A stretch of 64,000 nucleotides of DNA from Bdellovibrionales bacterium (GTDB lineage Bacteria > Bdellovibrionota > Bdellovibrionia > Bdellovibrionales > UBA1609). Made by a program: the position numbers and the translations under genes. Where the stretch lies: contig JAWLHR010000008.1 of the NCBI GenBank assembly GCA_041690295.1, forward strand, positions 32,001 through 96,000, in the 5' to 3' direction. Shown piece by piece: positions 28,226 to 37,790 of the stretch. The notes under the pieces were generated by a model. It saw nothing but the letters and a program-made list of their open reading frames with translations. It was not told where the DNA came from and did not search any database. Positions within the stretch are counted from its first letter, which is position 1, and the number at the start of each line of letters is the position of its first letter.

Positions 28226-30283
28226 TCAATTTGAATCACTTCCAGTGGGTTTAGTGGCGGTCAGCTCGATATCTTCTTTCAGGCGGTTCTCGGAAATCGT
28301 TTCGATGAAAATACCAAGGTCCATGTTTTGCACCAGGATCTGCCAGAACGAATCCGCTGAAATGCTGAACAAGACGCTGGGTTCGCGGGTGGTGATCGTG
28401 GCGGTTCGGGCGATGTTGGAAATCAGAGCGATTTCACCAAAGAAGTTGCCCTGGCCGAGGGATTTCACTTTCTTCCCGTTCACCAGGATATCGACCGACC
28501 CCCGAAGAATCATATAAAGGCTATCGCCGCGATCCCCCTGGTAAAAAACCGTCTGATTGGCGTTGTAATATTCCAAGGAGCCGCGGCTGGAAATAAAGTC
28601 CACCGCTTCGGCGTTCAAGCTTCTAAACACGGGTGAGGCGGCGAAAAATTGGTTCACCAGGATGGCGTTTTTGAAATCCTCGATTTGGCGAATGGTCTGG
28701 GCTTCTTCCGCCACTTTGCGAAGCAGATGAACCGGAACTTTTAAAAGCGTGGCCTCGGATTCAGTGACCACGCGACTGGGCGAGGGCGACCCGTCGGCCA
28801 GGGCCGATTCGCCGAGAACCGAGTTGGGGCCCAGCTCAAGCACCCATTCCTCGGTCTCATCTTCATTGGACCGGATCACTTCAACTGAACCTTCAAGCAA
28901 CACATATAAGTCGTTGGAAACTTCATTTTGCCGAACCACTTGGGCGCCCTCGCGGAAGGTGAGGACTTCCGATCCGGCGATGATTTCGTCCATGTATTGA
29001 CCATGGAAATGAGAAAAGAGCGGTAAGTTTTCAAGAACGTTCGCGATGTCGGAGGTGGACCACTGTTTTTCGCGCGACAGACGTTGAAAACGAAGTTTTA
29101 TCGGCTCCAAATAGGGATGGATCAGATTCAAAAAGACCTTTTCCAAAGCCGTGCGGGTGACGTAGAAAACACATCCGATCCAAGCCAGAGCGGAAATCAG
29201 ATGGGTCCAGGAATTGGAACTCCAGTGCGTTAAGCTTTCCAAGATCGGGCCGCCGAAATGAATCAGGAATTCATGGAGCACGACCATGGCCATGGTCAAC
29301 CAAAGCGCCCCCCAGACCGAACAAATCACGGAAAAACGGCGATCCTGCGCTTTCAATTCGGGGCTCATGGTATTGAAAAGAACGCTTTTTTCAAAGTGCC
29401 AGGACATCACTTCACGATCGTTGGGGATCAAAAAGTGACGGAGAAGTTTTCGCCCTTCCGTGTTGAAGAAGGGATTCAGTTCCCATCCGCTTGCGATCAA
29501 AGCGGTGATTAATAAGCGGGTGAAGTTGTCTTGATCCAGAAAATAAGAGGAAGCGTAAACCAAGGCCCAGGGCGAAAGAATCTGGCTGATATGGAACATT
29601 GCCGTGTAGAGCCGGTTTTCCGGAGAGAAGTTCGCCTCATCGCCGACGTGCAAGTGCACGCCCCAAAGACTTAAACGCAAGGACACGTTGTACGCTTTAC
29701 CGGTCAAAAGCAGGAGTTGAATTCCGCAAAGAATGAAGCGGATCGTGAGAACCACGGAGCTGAACGCGAATAATGAAAGCAGCGCCGGCCAAAATGAAAT
29801 TTCGCTTGACCAGGCCTTGAGTAGACTCACCGGGGCGCTGGGAAAATGTTGAAGCCCCAGAATGGAGAGCACCAGTGTGGCCAAAGTCAGCGCATAAAAA
29901 CCCACCGGGGATTTTTGATCGGTGACAATCCGTTGTCCGAACCGCCAGGATAAATGCCATTTGCTCCGCCGGGGAGCCACCCACGAATCAAGATGGGAAC
30001 TCAGAGTGAGATCGTCACCGTTTTCAAAAAAACCGCCTTGATGAAAGCTATGAATGGCGGAAAGAATCCACTTGAACGGGACGGCTCCTTGCTTGCGATA
30101 AATCTTTTCAACGATTTCGCGAACCGTGAATTGGCCGCTGCACAAAAGAACCAGATCGGCGAGAGCCATCGGCAGGACGATTTGATTGTACGGGTTATCC
30201 GTCTCGAAAATGATCCGTGAGCCTTGCGGGATCACGCGGCCGGGGCGCAGTCGCGGTCGGAAATTCTCCAATCCGGTCTTCAT
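28226..30283 (-). CDS. Multi-TM membrane protein with two C-terminal cyclic-nucleotide-binding domains
   Basis: LPLF...LYVLLEGSVEV...LGESAL and LYMILRGSV...FFGEIAL...RTAT; central hydrophobic region. Confidence 0.85.
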   Translation of the reverse strand: MKTGLENFRPRLRPGRVIPQGSRIIFETDNPYNQIVLPMALADLVLLCSGQFTVREIVEKIYRKQGAVPFKWILSAIHSFHQGGFFENGDDLTLSSHLDSWVAPRRSKWHLSWRFGQRIVTDQKSPVGFYALTLATLVLSILGLQHFPSAPVSLLKAWSSEISFWPALLSLFAFSSVVLTIRFILCGIQLLLLTGKAYNVSLRLSLWGVHLHVGDEANFSPENRLYTAMFHISQILSPWALVYASSYFLDQDNFTRLLITALIASGWELNPFFNTEGRKLLRHFLIPNDREVMSWHFEKSVLFNTMSPELKAQDRRFSVICSVWGALWLTMAMVVLHEFLIHFGGPILESLTHWSSNSWTHLISALAWIGCVFYVTRTALEKVFLNLIHPYLEPIKLRFQRLSREKQWSTSDIANVLENLPLFSHFHGQYMDEIIAGSEVLTFREGAQVVRQNEVSNDLYVLLEGSVEVIRSNEDETEEWVLELGPNSVLGESALADGSPSPSRVVTESEATLLKVPVHLLRKVAEEAQTIRQIEDFKNAILVNQFFAASPVFRSLNAEAVDFISSRGSLEYYNANQTVFYQGDRGDSLYMILRGSVDILVNGKKVKSLGQGNFFGEIALISNIARTATITTREPSVLFSISADSFWQILVQNMDLGIFIETISENRLKEDIELTATKPTGSDSN

Positions 30284-30978
30284 AGCCGCCCCTCGAAGTA
30301 AAGGGATTGAAGTCGTTTGAGAAGCTCACGGCAGCGCTCGCTCGCTTGCGGGATATTGGCCATGAAAATCAAAATGGCTTCGAACTCAAGGGGGGACACG
30401 TAATACTTCTTTTCGATCTTCGGCCAAAAGTGGCGCGTGATCGTGTACTCGCGGCCGAGCAGATTCAAGCCGGCGATGATCGTTCCCGCCTTGTTGATAA
30501 CCAATGAGTCGCCGTGCACGGATGTGTAGATTTCCTCGGCATCCAGTTGAATCCGTTGATGGGGGTGATCCACCGGCCGCATGGCGGTTCCCCGAATGCC
30601 CGGGACAATGGCTTTGCTGATGGCTTCGGCGCGATCCGGATTTAAATTCAAAAACTGAACGTGCACTCTGGGATTCACACGGGCCACGATTCGCGAGCGC
30701 ACGATTTGTTCACCGTCGGGCCAGATCAAACGGAATTCAACTTCATTTCCGGTTTGTTGCTCAAGACGGTCCTCGACATCGAGTAAGCAAACTCCGCCCA
30801 CACTGACGTCTTGAACGGGAACGGAATAAGAGCCATAGAACACGCTGGGTAACGAGGAAAGATTTTGGCTTGGATACTTGGCGCGCGGATTTTTACGGCG
30901 TTCAACACCAAGTTGTGACGCGTACTCGTGCACCTGGTACACGGATCCGTGTTGTTTCCGGCGAAGGCTCCAAGACAT
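30280..30978 (-). CDS. PilZ-domain protein
   Basis: RRKNPR (RxxxR) and DVSVGG (DxSxxG). Confidence 0.85.
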   Translation of the reverse strand: MSWSLRRKQHGSVYQVHEYASQLGVERRKNPRAKYPSQNLSSLPSVFYGSYSVPVQDVSVGGVCLLDVEDRLEQQTGNEVEFRLIWPDGEQIVRSRIVARVNPRVHVQFLNLNPDRAEAISKAIVPGIRGTAMRPVDHPHQRIQLDAEEIYTSVHGDSLVINKAGTIIAGLNLLGREYTITRHFWPKIEKKYYVSPLEFEAILIFMANIPQASERCRELLKRLQSLYFEGRL

Positions 30979-31054
30979 AGATTTTTTTCGGGTTTTTTAA
31001 AGCCGAGATTTAGAGCCGGGGCCGGCAATATGGACTTACGTCGGAACCTCGGAT

Positions 31055-31414
31055 ATGCAAAAAAGGATGTGGCTGCTTTTGGGATGGCTCTTTCTTGGTA
31101 TAGGTGTGATCGGCGCGTTCGTGCCGGTCATGCCCACGGTGCCGTTCCTGTTGGTCGCGGCGTTTTGTTTTGAACGGGGCTCCCCGAAACTTCATCGCTG
31201 GCTCATGTCGCATCCTCGTCTGGGGCCGCCTCTGCAGGACTGGCGTAATCGGCGTGTGATCCGGCCCATGGCGAAACTTCTGGCCGTCACCGCCATGGCC
31301 ACCAGCTGCAGCTACGTACAGTTTTTTACCGAAACGCCTGAACCTTTGCGATGGACGATGTTTTCGGTTATGGCCTTGGTTGCGGCTTTTATTTTGACCC
31401 GAAAGAGTTCATAG
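31055..31414 (+). CDS. YbaN/DUF454 family membrane protein
   Basis: GVIGAFVPVMPTVPFLLVAAFCFERGSPKLHRWL. Confidence 0.9.
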   Translation: MQKRMWLLLGWLFLGIGVIGAFVPVMPTVPFLLVAAFCFERGSPKLHRWLMSHPRLGPPLQDWRNRRVIRPMAKLLAVTAMATSCSYVQFFTETPEPLRWTMFSVMALVAAFILTRKSS

Positions 31415-31996
31415 ATGGCGTTTAATCCAAAGGATCGTTTTTTTCACAAAGCCAAAGCGGAAGGTTATTTGGCGCGTTCGGCTTACAAACTGGAAGAGCT
31501 TCAGCGCAAATACAAACTGATGCGGGCAGGGGATTTGGTTTTGGACTTAGGAGCCGCCCCTGGGGCCTGGAGCCAGGTGGCGCTCAAGCACATCGGGTCC
31601 AACGGCATGGTGATCGGCCTGGATTTAAAAGTTGTTTCGATGAAAGATCCGCGCGCCACTTTTTATCAGATGGATGCGTTTAACTTCGATCCCGCGATTC
31701 TCAAAGGCCGCCAGGTGGATTGTCTGCTCAGTGATATGGCGCCCAACACCACCGGCGCGCGATCCGTGGATCAGGCCCGAAGTCTCGCCTTGGCCGAACA
31801 GGTTTTGAATCTGGCACATCAACATTTGCGGCCCAAGGGCCATTGCGTATTGAAGATTTTCGAAGGACCTGACACCAAAACCATTGATCAACAGATGCGG
31901 AAAATGTTCGAAACCGTACAACGATCGAAACCCGAAGCGGTTCGTAAAGGAAGCTTCGAATTTTACCTGGTGGGGCTTGGATTTCGTCCTGCCTGA
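31415..31996 (+). CDS. rlmE: 23S rRNA Um2552 methyltransferase
   Basis: RSAYKL, DLGAAPGAWSQ, SDMAPNTTG. Confidence 0.92.
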   Translation: MAFNPKDRFFHKAKAEGYLARSAYKLEELQRKYKLMRAGDLVLDLGAAPGAWSQVALKHIGSNGMVIGLDLKVVSMKDPRATFYQMDAFNFDPAILKGRQVDCLLSDMAPNTTGARSVDQARSLALAEQVLNLAHQHLRPKGHCVLKIFEGPDTKTIDQQMRKMFETVQRSKPEAVRKGSFEFYLVGLGFRPA

Positions 31997-32016
31997 TAAG
32001 TTATATTATGTTCCAA
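31989..32016. other. dif-like XerCD recombination site (replication terminus)
   Basis: CTGCCTGATAA-GTTATA-TTATGTTCCAA: 11-6-11 layout with the ATAA-N6-TTATGTT core of canonical dif sites. Confidence 0.75.
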
Positions 32017-32022
32017 AGCCGG

Positions 32023-32547
32023 CTAAAGACCTGGGCGAGTGAGGATGTCCATGCAACGCTTTAACTTGATCCGAAACGCCCGCCGAAGCAATAAACGATA
32101 GGCATCATTCCTCGCGTTGCGAAGTCTCGTGGCGCATCGGCGAAGAACCTCCGCCTTTTGATCATAGCCGACGATGGGTCCAGCTCGAATCAAAGTCATT
32201 TCCTCTTGAGCTTTGTCGAGCCAATCCACCAATGGATCCGGTGGTGCTTCGGGATTGATCTGCAATTCGGCGAAGGCTCGTCGCCTTGCCGCTTCCGCCA
32301 GGCGGATTTTTTCTTGGGTCAGAAATAAGGCGGCCTGTTTTTCCTGTTCGGTCGAATAAATATATTTCGTGGCTTCGAACTCGCGAATCGCATCCCGCAA
32401 TTCCGCCTCGATCGCCCGATTGTATCGCCCGACCCTCAATAATTCTTGGTTGGAAATTTCAGGGGGAGCTTCCGGCGGTCTTGGTTGCGCCAAAAGCGAT
32501 CGGGGCATGGTGACAAACAACGAGAACACCAGGAAACACAAGAACAT
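32023..32547 (-). CDS. Exported helical hypothetical protein, C-terminal CMDIL
   Basis: Hydrophobic N-terminus ending LLA; ends KRCMDILTRPGL. Confidence 0.65.
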   Translation of the reverse strand: MFLCFLVFSLFVTMPRSLLAQPRPPEAPPEISNQELLRVGRYNRAIEAELRDAIREFEATKYIYSTEQEKQAALFLTQEKIRLAEAARRRAFAELQINPEAPPDPLVDWLDKAQEEMTLIRAGPIVGYDQKAEVLRRCATRLRNARNDAYRLLLRRAFRIKLKRCMDILTRPGL

Positions 32548-32578
32548 ACCCGCGAAAGGTTCATGATTTATGCCAAAG

Positions 32579-33850
32579 CTAAATGATTCGATAGCTCTTC
32601 AATTCCTTGAAGAGCGTTTCGATGGCGGTTTTACACACCACGACGGTTGGAATGGCGAACAACATTCCCCAAAGTCCGGCTAAAAGTGAACCACTGACGA
32701 TGGCGATAATCACCACCAAGGGATGCACATTCACCGCTTTTCCAAGCACGATCGGCGCATAAACGGCATTGTCCAAAACTTGGGTGATACCCACCCAAAT
32801 GAGGACGTAAAGGGCCAGGTCATCGGGATTCAGTCCGGGGATGACCGGAGTCACGTTTTCCGCGATGAGCGCGTAACCCAGGCCGATCACGAACGCGAAA
32901 ATCGTTCCCAGAAACGGAATGGCGTTCACCAGACCGGAGATCACGCCGATCGCGATCGCCACCCCGACCGGAATGCCGACCAAAATAAATCCAATGGTCA
33001 GAGTGAGTCCGACCAAAAAGCATTCCATCAAAGTGCCGCGCAGATAATTCCCGATCGCCTCTTCCAGTTCATCGATGATGGTTAAAGACAATTCGAAGTA
33101 GCGATTGGGAACGAGACCGATGAAATAACGGCGCATTTGTCCGTTATCGAAGCCCAAAAATATGAAGATCAAGGGAGCTAGAATCCAAATTGAAAGTTCA
33201 TCATGAAGGGACTTCTTTTTCATCGCCGGAGCCTGGACTTGGGTTGGTTGCGAGCCTGTTTCCTTTGTTTCGGTGACGTAATGGCCGGTGGTCGAGCTGG
33301 CCAGGAAGTATTCATAGAACCGGTCCTCGATCGGCTCCTCGCCCTTGTAACCGTTGCGGTATTTGAGAAATAATTCTTTCTCTTCGTGATCCAAGTCCAG
33401 ATAGTGGTTCAGTTCGTCCATGATCGGCCCCGCCTCATTGGCGATCACCTGGGCGATCAATCCCCGCTCTTCCGCTTTGGTTCCCGCGATTTGTTGAAAC
33501 TTTTCATTCAGCTTGTACTTCAAGCGGACCTTGAGCTCGAGTTTTTGTTTTTCACCGGGGATGTGCTTGGCCACCGTGCTGAAAATAAAAAACAGAACAA
33601 GACCTATGGCGGCGAACGAGCAAAGCACCTGCAATTCATGCGGTAACCAAGGAAGGTTAAAGCGTTCCTTCACGGGCCGGAACAGGAACGCCAAAAGCGC
33701 GCCCACCACGATGGGAAGAAGAAGGCTGCTCAGCTTCCAGGCGAGAAAGCAAGCAACCACGAACGCCACGCCGGCGAAGGCGAAGTGAAAAATCTGGCGC
33801 CGGCGTTTTCGCTCTTGTTCTTTGATCACGAAATCCTGGCTTCGCTTCAT
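32579..33850 (-). CDS. AI-2E family transporter
   Basis: LLAFLFRP, NAIPFLG, LGKAVNVHP, GLWGMLFAIP. Confidence 0.9.
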   Translation of the reverse strand: MKRSQDFVIKEQERKRRRQIFHFAFAGVAFVVACFLAWKLSSLLLPIVVGALLAFLFRPVKERFNLPWLPHELQVLCSFAAIGLVLFFIFSTVAKHIPGEKQKLELKVRLKYKLNEKFQQIAGTKAEERGLIAQVIANEAGPIMDELNHYLDLDHEEKELFLKYRNGYKGEEPIEDRFYEYFLASSTTGHYVTETKETGSQPTQVQAPAMKKKSLHDELSIWILAPLIFIFLGFDNGQMRRYFIGLVPNRYFELSLTIIDELEEAIGNYLRGTLMECFLVGLTLTIGFILVGIPVGVAIAIGVISGLVNAIPFLGTIFAFVIGLGYALIAENVTPVIPGLNPDDLALYVLIWVGITQVLDNAVYAPIVLGKAVNVHPLVVIIAIVSGSLLAGLWGMLFAIPTVVVCKTAIETLFKELKSYRII

Positions 33851-34392
33851 GCGGCGACCTTGGCTCCGGGAAGGACGACTTCCGCCTGAACAAGTTCGTT
33901 GGTGGAGCGCAGTCGATCACCCACGATGCGCGCCAGTGCCCGGTAAATCTGGCAGGCGGTTTCCGGGTTGGTTTCAATCAAACGATGCAAATCATTCCGG
34001 TAAAGGGCTAAAGTCCGGGTCCGCTCCACGGCGCGGGCGCAGGCGGAGCGCGGTGTTCCGTCAAGCAACGCCATTTCGCCGAAGAACGAGCCTTTTTCCA
34101 AGGTCGCCAGTTTCGTCGTGTACTTTTCGCGGTGAATTTCAACCGAAACTTGACCGCTCATGATCAAAAACAGCGCGGCCCCCGGCTGGCCTTCCTCGAA
34201 AATCAATTCATTGGGTTCATAGGTTCGTTCAAAGACGATATCCGAAACCGTTTTTAACTGCCAGTTGGTCAGTTCATTGAAGAAAGGAACGGTTTTCAAA
34301 AATTGAATGCGGTCGAGTTCCGGACTGGAGCGCTTCCACCGGTTCAATGTTTCCCACAAGATTTTGTCGGCGACGATTTTACGAACGGACAT
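33847..34392 (-). CDS. Stand-alone cyclic-nucleotide-binding protein
   Basis: VPFF...IFEEGQPG...FFGEMALLDGTPRSA; GGAGG RBS; ATGA overlap with the AI-2E gene. Confidence 0.9.
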   Translation of the reverse strand: MSVRKIVADKILWETLNRWKRSSPELDRIQFLKTVPFFNELTNWQLKTVSDIVFERTYEPNELIFEEGQPGAALFLIMSGQVSVEIHREKYTTKLATLEKGSFFGEMALLDGTPRSACARAVERTRTLALYRNDLHRLIETNPETACQIYRALARIVGDRLRSTNELVQAEVVLPGAKVAA

Positions 34393-34440
34393 CAGGCCTC
34401 CGGAAACCTGATGGGCTTATCGGAGTTTCACAGTGGAAAA

Positions 34441-34848
34441 TCACTCCGTCGTTGGGCCAGACTCCAAATACCGGGACCAGGGTTTTCTATCCGCCGCGAG
34501 CAGCGGATAGTTCTCCACTTCCCGTTTCGGTACCCAGGAGAAATGGCGCACGTCCGCGGTGGCCTGTGGCGTGTTTTTCGCCTTGGTGACGAAAACTTTC
34601 AGATCGATCCAACCCCAGTCGTACTGATGGGGGAATTCCCCGAGAAAGCGGACAATTTCCACTTCAAGATTCAACTCTTCCCTTAACTCCCGCTTAAGCG
34701 CCGCTTCCGGACTTTCGCCGGACTCGATTTTTCCCCCCGGAAACTCCCATAATCCCGCCGACGACTTGCCGGGCGGGCGCTCGGCGATCAGCACGCGCTC
34801 GCCGTTTTCTTCTTCGATGATCGCGGCCACCACTTGCAAGCGTTTCAT
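34441..34848 (-). CDS. MutT/NudG-like NUDIX hydrolase
   Basis: WEFPGGKIESGESPEAALKRELREE. Confidence 0.92.
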   Translation of the reverse strand: MKRLQVVAAIIEEENGERVLIAERPPGKSSAGLWEFPGGKIESGESPEAALKRELREELNLEVEIVRFLGEFPHQYDWGWIDLKVFVTKAKNTPQATADVRHFSWVPKREVENYPLLAADRKPWSRYLESGPTTE

Positions 34849-35438
34849 TTTTGCTGAACGAGAAACTCAAGGATTTTGGTCATGGCCTGGACCGCATGAT
34901 CCAGCGGCATCTTGAATGATTTTTCGAAGACGGAATCCGTCTGGACATCGACCAGAGGTAAATGAAGAAATCCGGCCTGTTTTCCATTGGATCGGGCCCA
35001 ATGGCAAAGATGGTACATGAGACCATTGCAAACAAAAGTTCCGGCGGAATAGGACCGGCTCCACGATTTGTCCGCCTCGATTCGCGACCAGGGAATATTG
35101 GACCAGATTACATCAGGCTCCCCTTCAAGTACGGGTTTGCATGTGATGACTTCACCCCGATTATCAGCGGTGGCCGAGTCCAGCCAATTGAGCGCCACGC
35201 ATTCAAGCGACAGGTTGGAGCGTGACTCCGCCTGACCTAAGGCAAGAACTCCGTCCACTTCACTCTTTTCGATCGCTTGTTTTAAAGCCGGCCAACTTCC
35301 CGAATACGTGACCGGCAAGGGGGCGGTGAACTGAATCTGCCCGTCCCAAGACATCGCCTTTAGTTTTTCGCAGACGATTTGAGACGAATTGGTTTTCGCT
35401 CCGTTAAAGGGTTCAAAGCAGCTGATCAGCCATTTCAT
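34845..35438 (-). CDS. pcp: Pyroglutamyl-peptidase I (C15)
   Basis: FEPF, LECVALN, SAGTFVCN, FLHLP. Confidence 0.88.
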   Translation of the reverse strand: MKWLISCFEPFNGAKTNSSQIVCEKLKAMSWDGQIQFTAPLPVTYSGSWPALKQAIEKSEVDGVLALGQAESRSNLSLECVALNWLDSATADNRGEVITCKPVLEGEPDVIWSNIPWSRIEADKSWSRSYSAGTFVCNGLMYHLCHWARSNGKQAGFLHLPLVDVQTDSVFEKSFKMPLDHAVQAMTKILEFLVQQK

Positions 35439-36010
35439 ACCAAGGCGCCGAGTTTGGAATTGGCATCCAGTTTCTGTGATTTCAGTGCCTTTATAAAGAG
35501 AGGGAACTCACGGCATTGGATATCGAGCAATTCGGCAAGTGGTTCATCTATGATCTCACCGTTTTTGAGTATGGCTTTGATGTTATTCAGGAATACCCGC
35601 ATTGGGAAGACGTAACCGTTACGGTAACCGATGACGTGCTGAAGATGTTCCACGGGACGAAGACCGCCCCAGCGGCCGCCCAAGCCCACGAAAGCGAAGG
35701 GCCTGTGCTCGAAGGTTTTGGGATAATCCCAATAATCGATAAATAATTTTAATATACCTGGATAGGAACCATTGTATTCCGGCACCACCAAAACCACTCC
35801 GTCGGCCTGGGTCACCCGATCGACGGCGGCTTTCATGGTTCCTTTGGGCCCTTTGTAATATCCGCCTTGCTCCAGTTCGCCGAGATTGAGATCCATGAGA
35901 TCTAAAATTTGCGCGGAAACATTATGTTTCGCATAAATCTGGCGCAGGATTTCGGCCACTCGGCGAGTGTTTGAATCCGGCCGGTCGGTTCCAGAGATGA
36001 TTTCGATCAT
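35435..36010 (-). CDS. NADPH-dependent FMN reductase
   Basis: GTDRPDSNT, PEYNGSYPGILK. Confidence 0.9.
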   Translation of the reverse strand: MIEIISGTDRPDSNTRRVAEILRQIYAKHNVSAQILDLMDLNLGELEQGGYYKGPKGTMKAAVDRVTQADGVVLVVPEYNGSYPGILKLFIDYWDYPKTFEHRPFAFVGLGGRWGGLRPVEHLQHVIGYRNGYVFPMRVFLNNIKAILKNGEIIDEPLAELLDIQCREFPLFIKALKSQKLDANSKLGALV

Positions 36011-37413
36011 CAGCGTTTCACCTGCAAAGTTTTTTGAAACAGAACCTGGTTGCCCAAGCCCAGGGACCGCACCTTGAATTCAAGACTGTTGGCTTTCGCG
36101 TTGAGGAGATCGATCACCATGAAATTCCAATCCCCGTCGTCGCCCACCAGCTGGTTTGGACTTGGATCCCGCTCGAAAGAGCCAGGATACATCCGCGCGT
36201 GAATCCCACTCGAGGTCAGTTCATAAGTCGGGTATCCCAAATGCTCCCGGGAAACTTTGATAATTTCCGTTAAGTGCCGGTCGCCGCTCATAAAAACCAC
36301 CGGCCGCGAACTCGCCCGCCGCCATCTTTGCATTTGGGCCTTGAAATTCTTGGGATGATTCCCCTCGTAAGATTCGAATTTATGATAGCCGCCGAAGAAC
36401 TGATCACCACTGATCAGGAAAACCGGCTCCTTCGCCCCCGCCAATCCCTCGCTGATCCACTTTTCCTGATCGGGACCGAAATGGCTTTGATCGGGAATGT
36501 CCAAGTTATTTGGTGAGCGGAAACTGCGGTTATCCAGGAGGGCGAACTGAACCCCAAAAGCGCGCCACCATGAGGATACGCCGGGCCCCCGTTCAAATCC
36601 TGGTGCGGGTTTACGCTGGGGAAAGAACGCGAAAAAGGTTTCCGCCGAGGCGAATTTATACGGGTAAGTCCGATCCCCGTCATTTTTGCCGAAGTCATGA
36701 TCATCCCACACGGCGAAAACCGGGATCAGAGGATTGGCTTTAAAAAACTCCAGCTTGGATCGCGTCTCGGTATAACGCCGCCACAGCTGGGCGGCATCCG
36801 CTCCCCGGCGGGCCCCGCCGTTACGATCCGCGTACACATTGTCTCCGATCATCAGAACGACGTCGGGTTTTTGCTCGATCAGTGCGCGCCAGATTTTTGT
36901 TTGATCGTCGAAGTCATCATCCATGCAGCTGGCGACGGCGATGCGGGGGTTTTTCTTGCGGGTATCCAGCGCCGAAAATTTTCGCCGATCCAACAGCTCG
37001 CCATCGCCCGAGAGGATGAGGAATTCGTAAGTTTCCTTGTTGGAAAGATCAAAAAGTTCGAGTTGAGCGATGGCCCACTTCGATTCGGGCCCATTTATGA
37101 TTTCCGCATTCAGCTTTTTCGCCTGGCCGTTGGAAAGCAGAAAATATCCATAGGGCTTTCGTCCCTCAATCTGAACCACCAAGCGCGTGTGGGAATCGGT
37201 TGTGACCCCTTGAAGAACAGGCAGCGGCTTCGAAGCCGGCACATCTTGCCCTAACAGCGCGCACGCTCCGGTAATCTGCTGTCCGCAAAGCCGGGTGAGA
37301 TCGGCGGGATTTAAACTTTCTATGGTGTCGAGACGCTTACGACTTGACGTGCATGCGGCAAGGGTAACAAGAACCGCAACAACCCAAACGTGTCGTATCC
37401 TCCCCTTGAACAT
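36010..37413 (-). CDS. PhoD-like alkaline phosphatase lipoprotein
   Basis: Lipobox LAAC; ASC, GDNVYAD, WDDHD, LLDNR, SGDRH. Confidence 0.88.
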   Translation of the reverse strand: MFKGRIRHVWVVAVLVTLAACTSSRKRLDTIESLNPADLTRLCGQQITGACALLGQDVPASKPLPVLQGVTTDSHTRLVVQIEGRKPYGYFLLSNGQAKKLNAEIINGPESKWAIAQLELFDLSNKETYEFLILSGDGELLDRRKFSALDTRKKNPRIAVASCMDDDFDDQTKIWRALIEQKPDVVLMIGDNVYADRNGGARRGADAAQLWRRYTETRSKLEFFKANPLIPVFAVWDDHDFGKNDGDRTYPYKFASAETFFAFFPQRKPAPGFERGPGVSSWWRAFGVQFALLDNRSFRSPNNLDIPDQSHFGPDQEKWISEGLAGAKEPVFLISGDQFFGGYHKFESYEGNHPKNFKAQMQRWRRASSRPVVFMSGDRHLTEIIKVSREHLGYPTYELTSSGIHARMYPGSFERDPSPNQLVGDDGDWNFMVIDLLNAKANSLEFKVRSLGLGNQVLFQKTLQVKR

Positions 37414-37425
37414 GGACGAGGAAAA

Positions 37426-37731
37426 TTACCAGCTGGCTTTGGTGACGCCAGGAAGCAGCCCACGGTGGGCCAGTTCACGGAAAGCCATGCGGGACAATCC
37501 GAACTTACGGAAATTGCCACGAGGACGGCCAGTTAAAGAACAACGAGTGATGGTCCGGATCGGTGAGGTGTCACGGGGGAGCTTTTGCAATTTCAAACGA
37601 GCCTCAGCGCGAACTTCTTCCGGCAAGTTGGGATTGTTCGCTTTTTTCCGCAACTCAGCGCGGTAACGGCCATATTTTTCGGCCAACTGACGACGACGCT
37701 CGTTTTTATTAATTGCACTCAATTTTGCCAT
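37426..37731 (-). CDS. rpsN: 30S ribosomal protein S14, long zinc-independent type
   Basis: 101 aa; [28 protein letters not shown]; only one Cys. Confidence 0.95.
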   Translation of the reverse strand: MAKLSAINKNERRRQLAEKYGRYRAELRKKANNPNLPEEVRAEARLKLQKLPRDTSPIRTITRCSLTGRPRGNFRKFGLSRMAFRELAHRGLLPGVTKASW

Positions 37732-37790
37732 AACCCTACCTTATTTCTTAAGAATCCAAAGAGTTAAAGCTTTCGCTGGAGAACGTCAAG

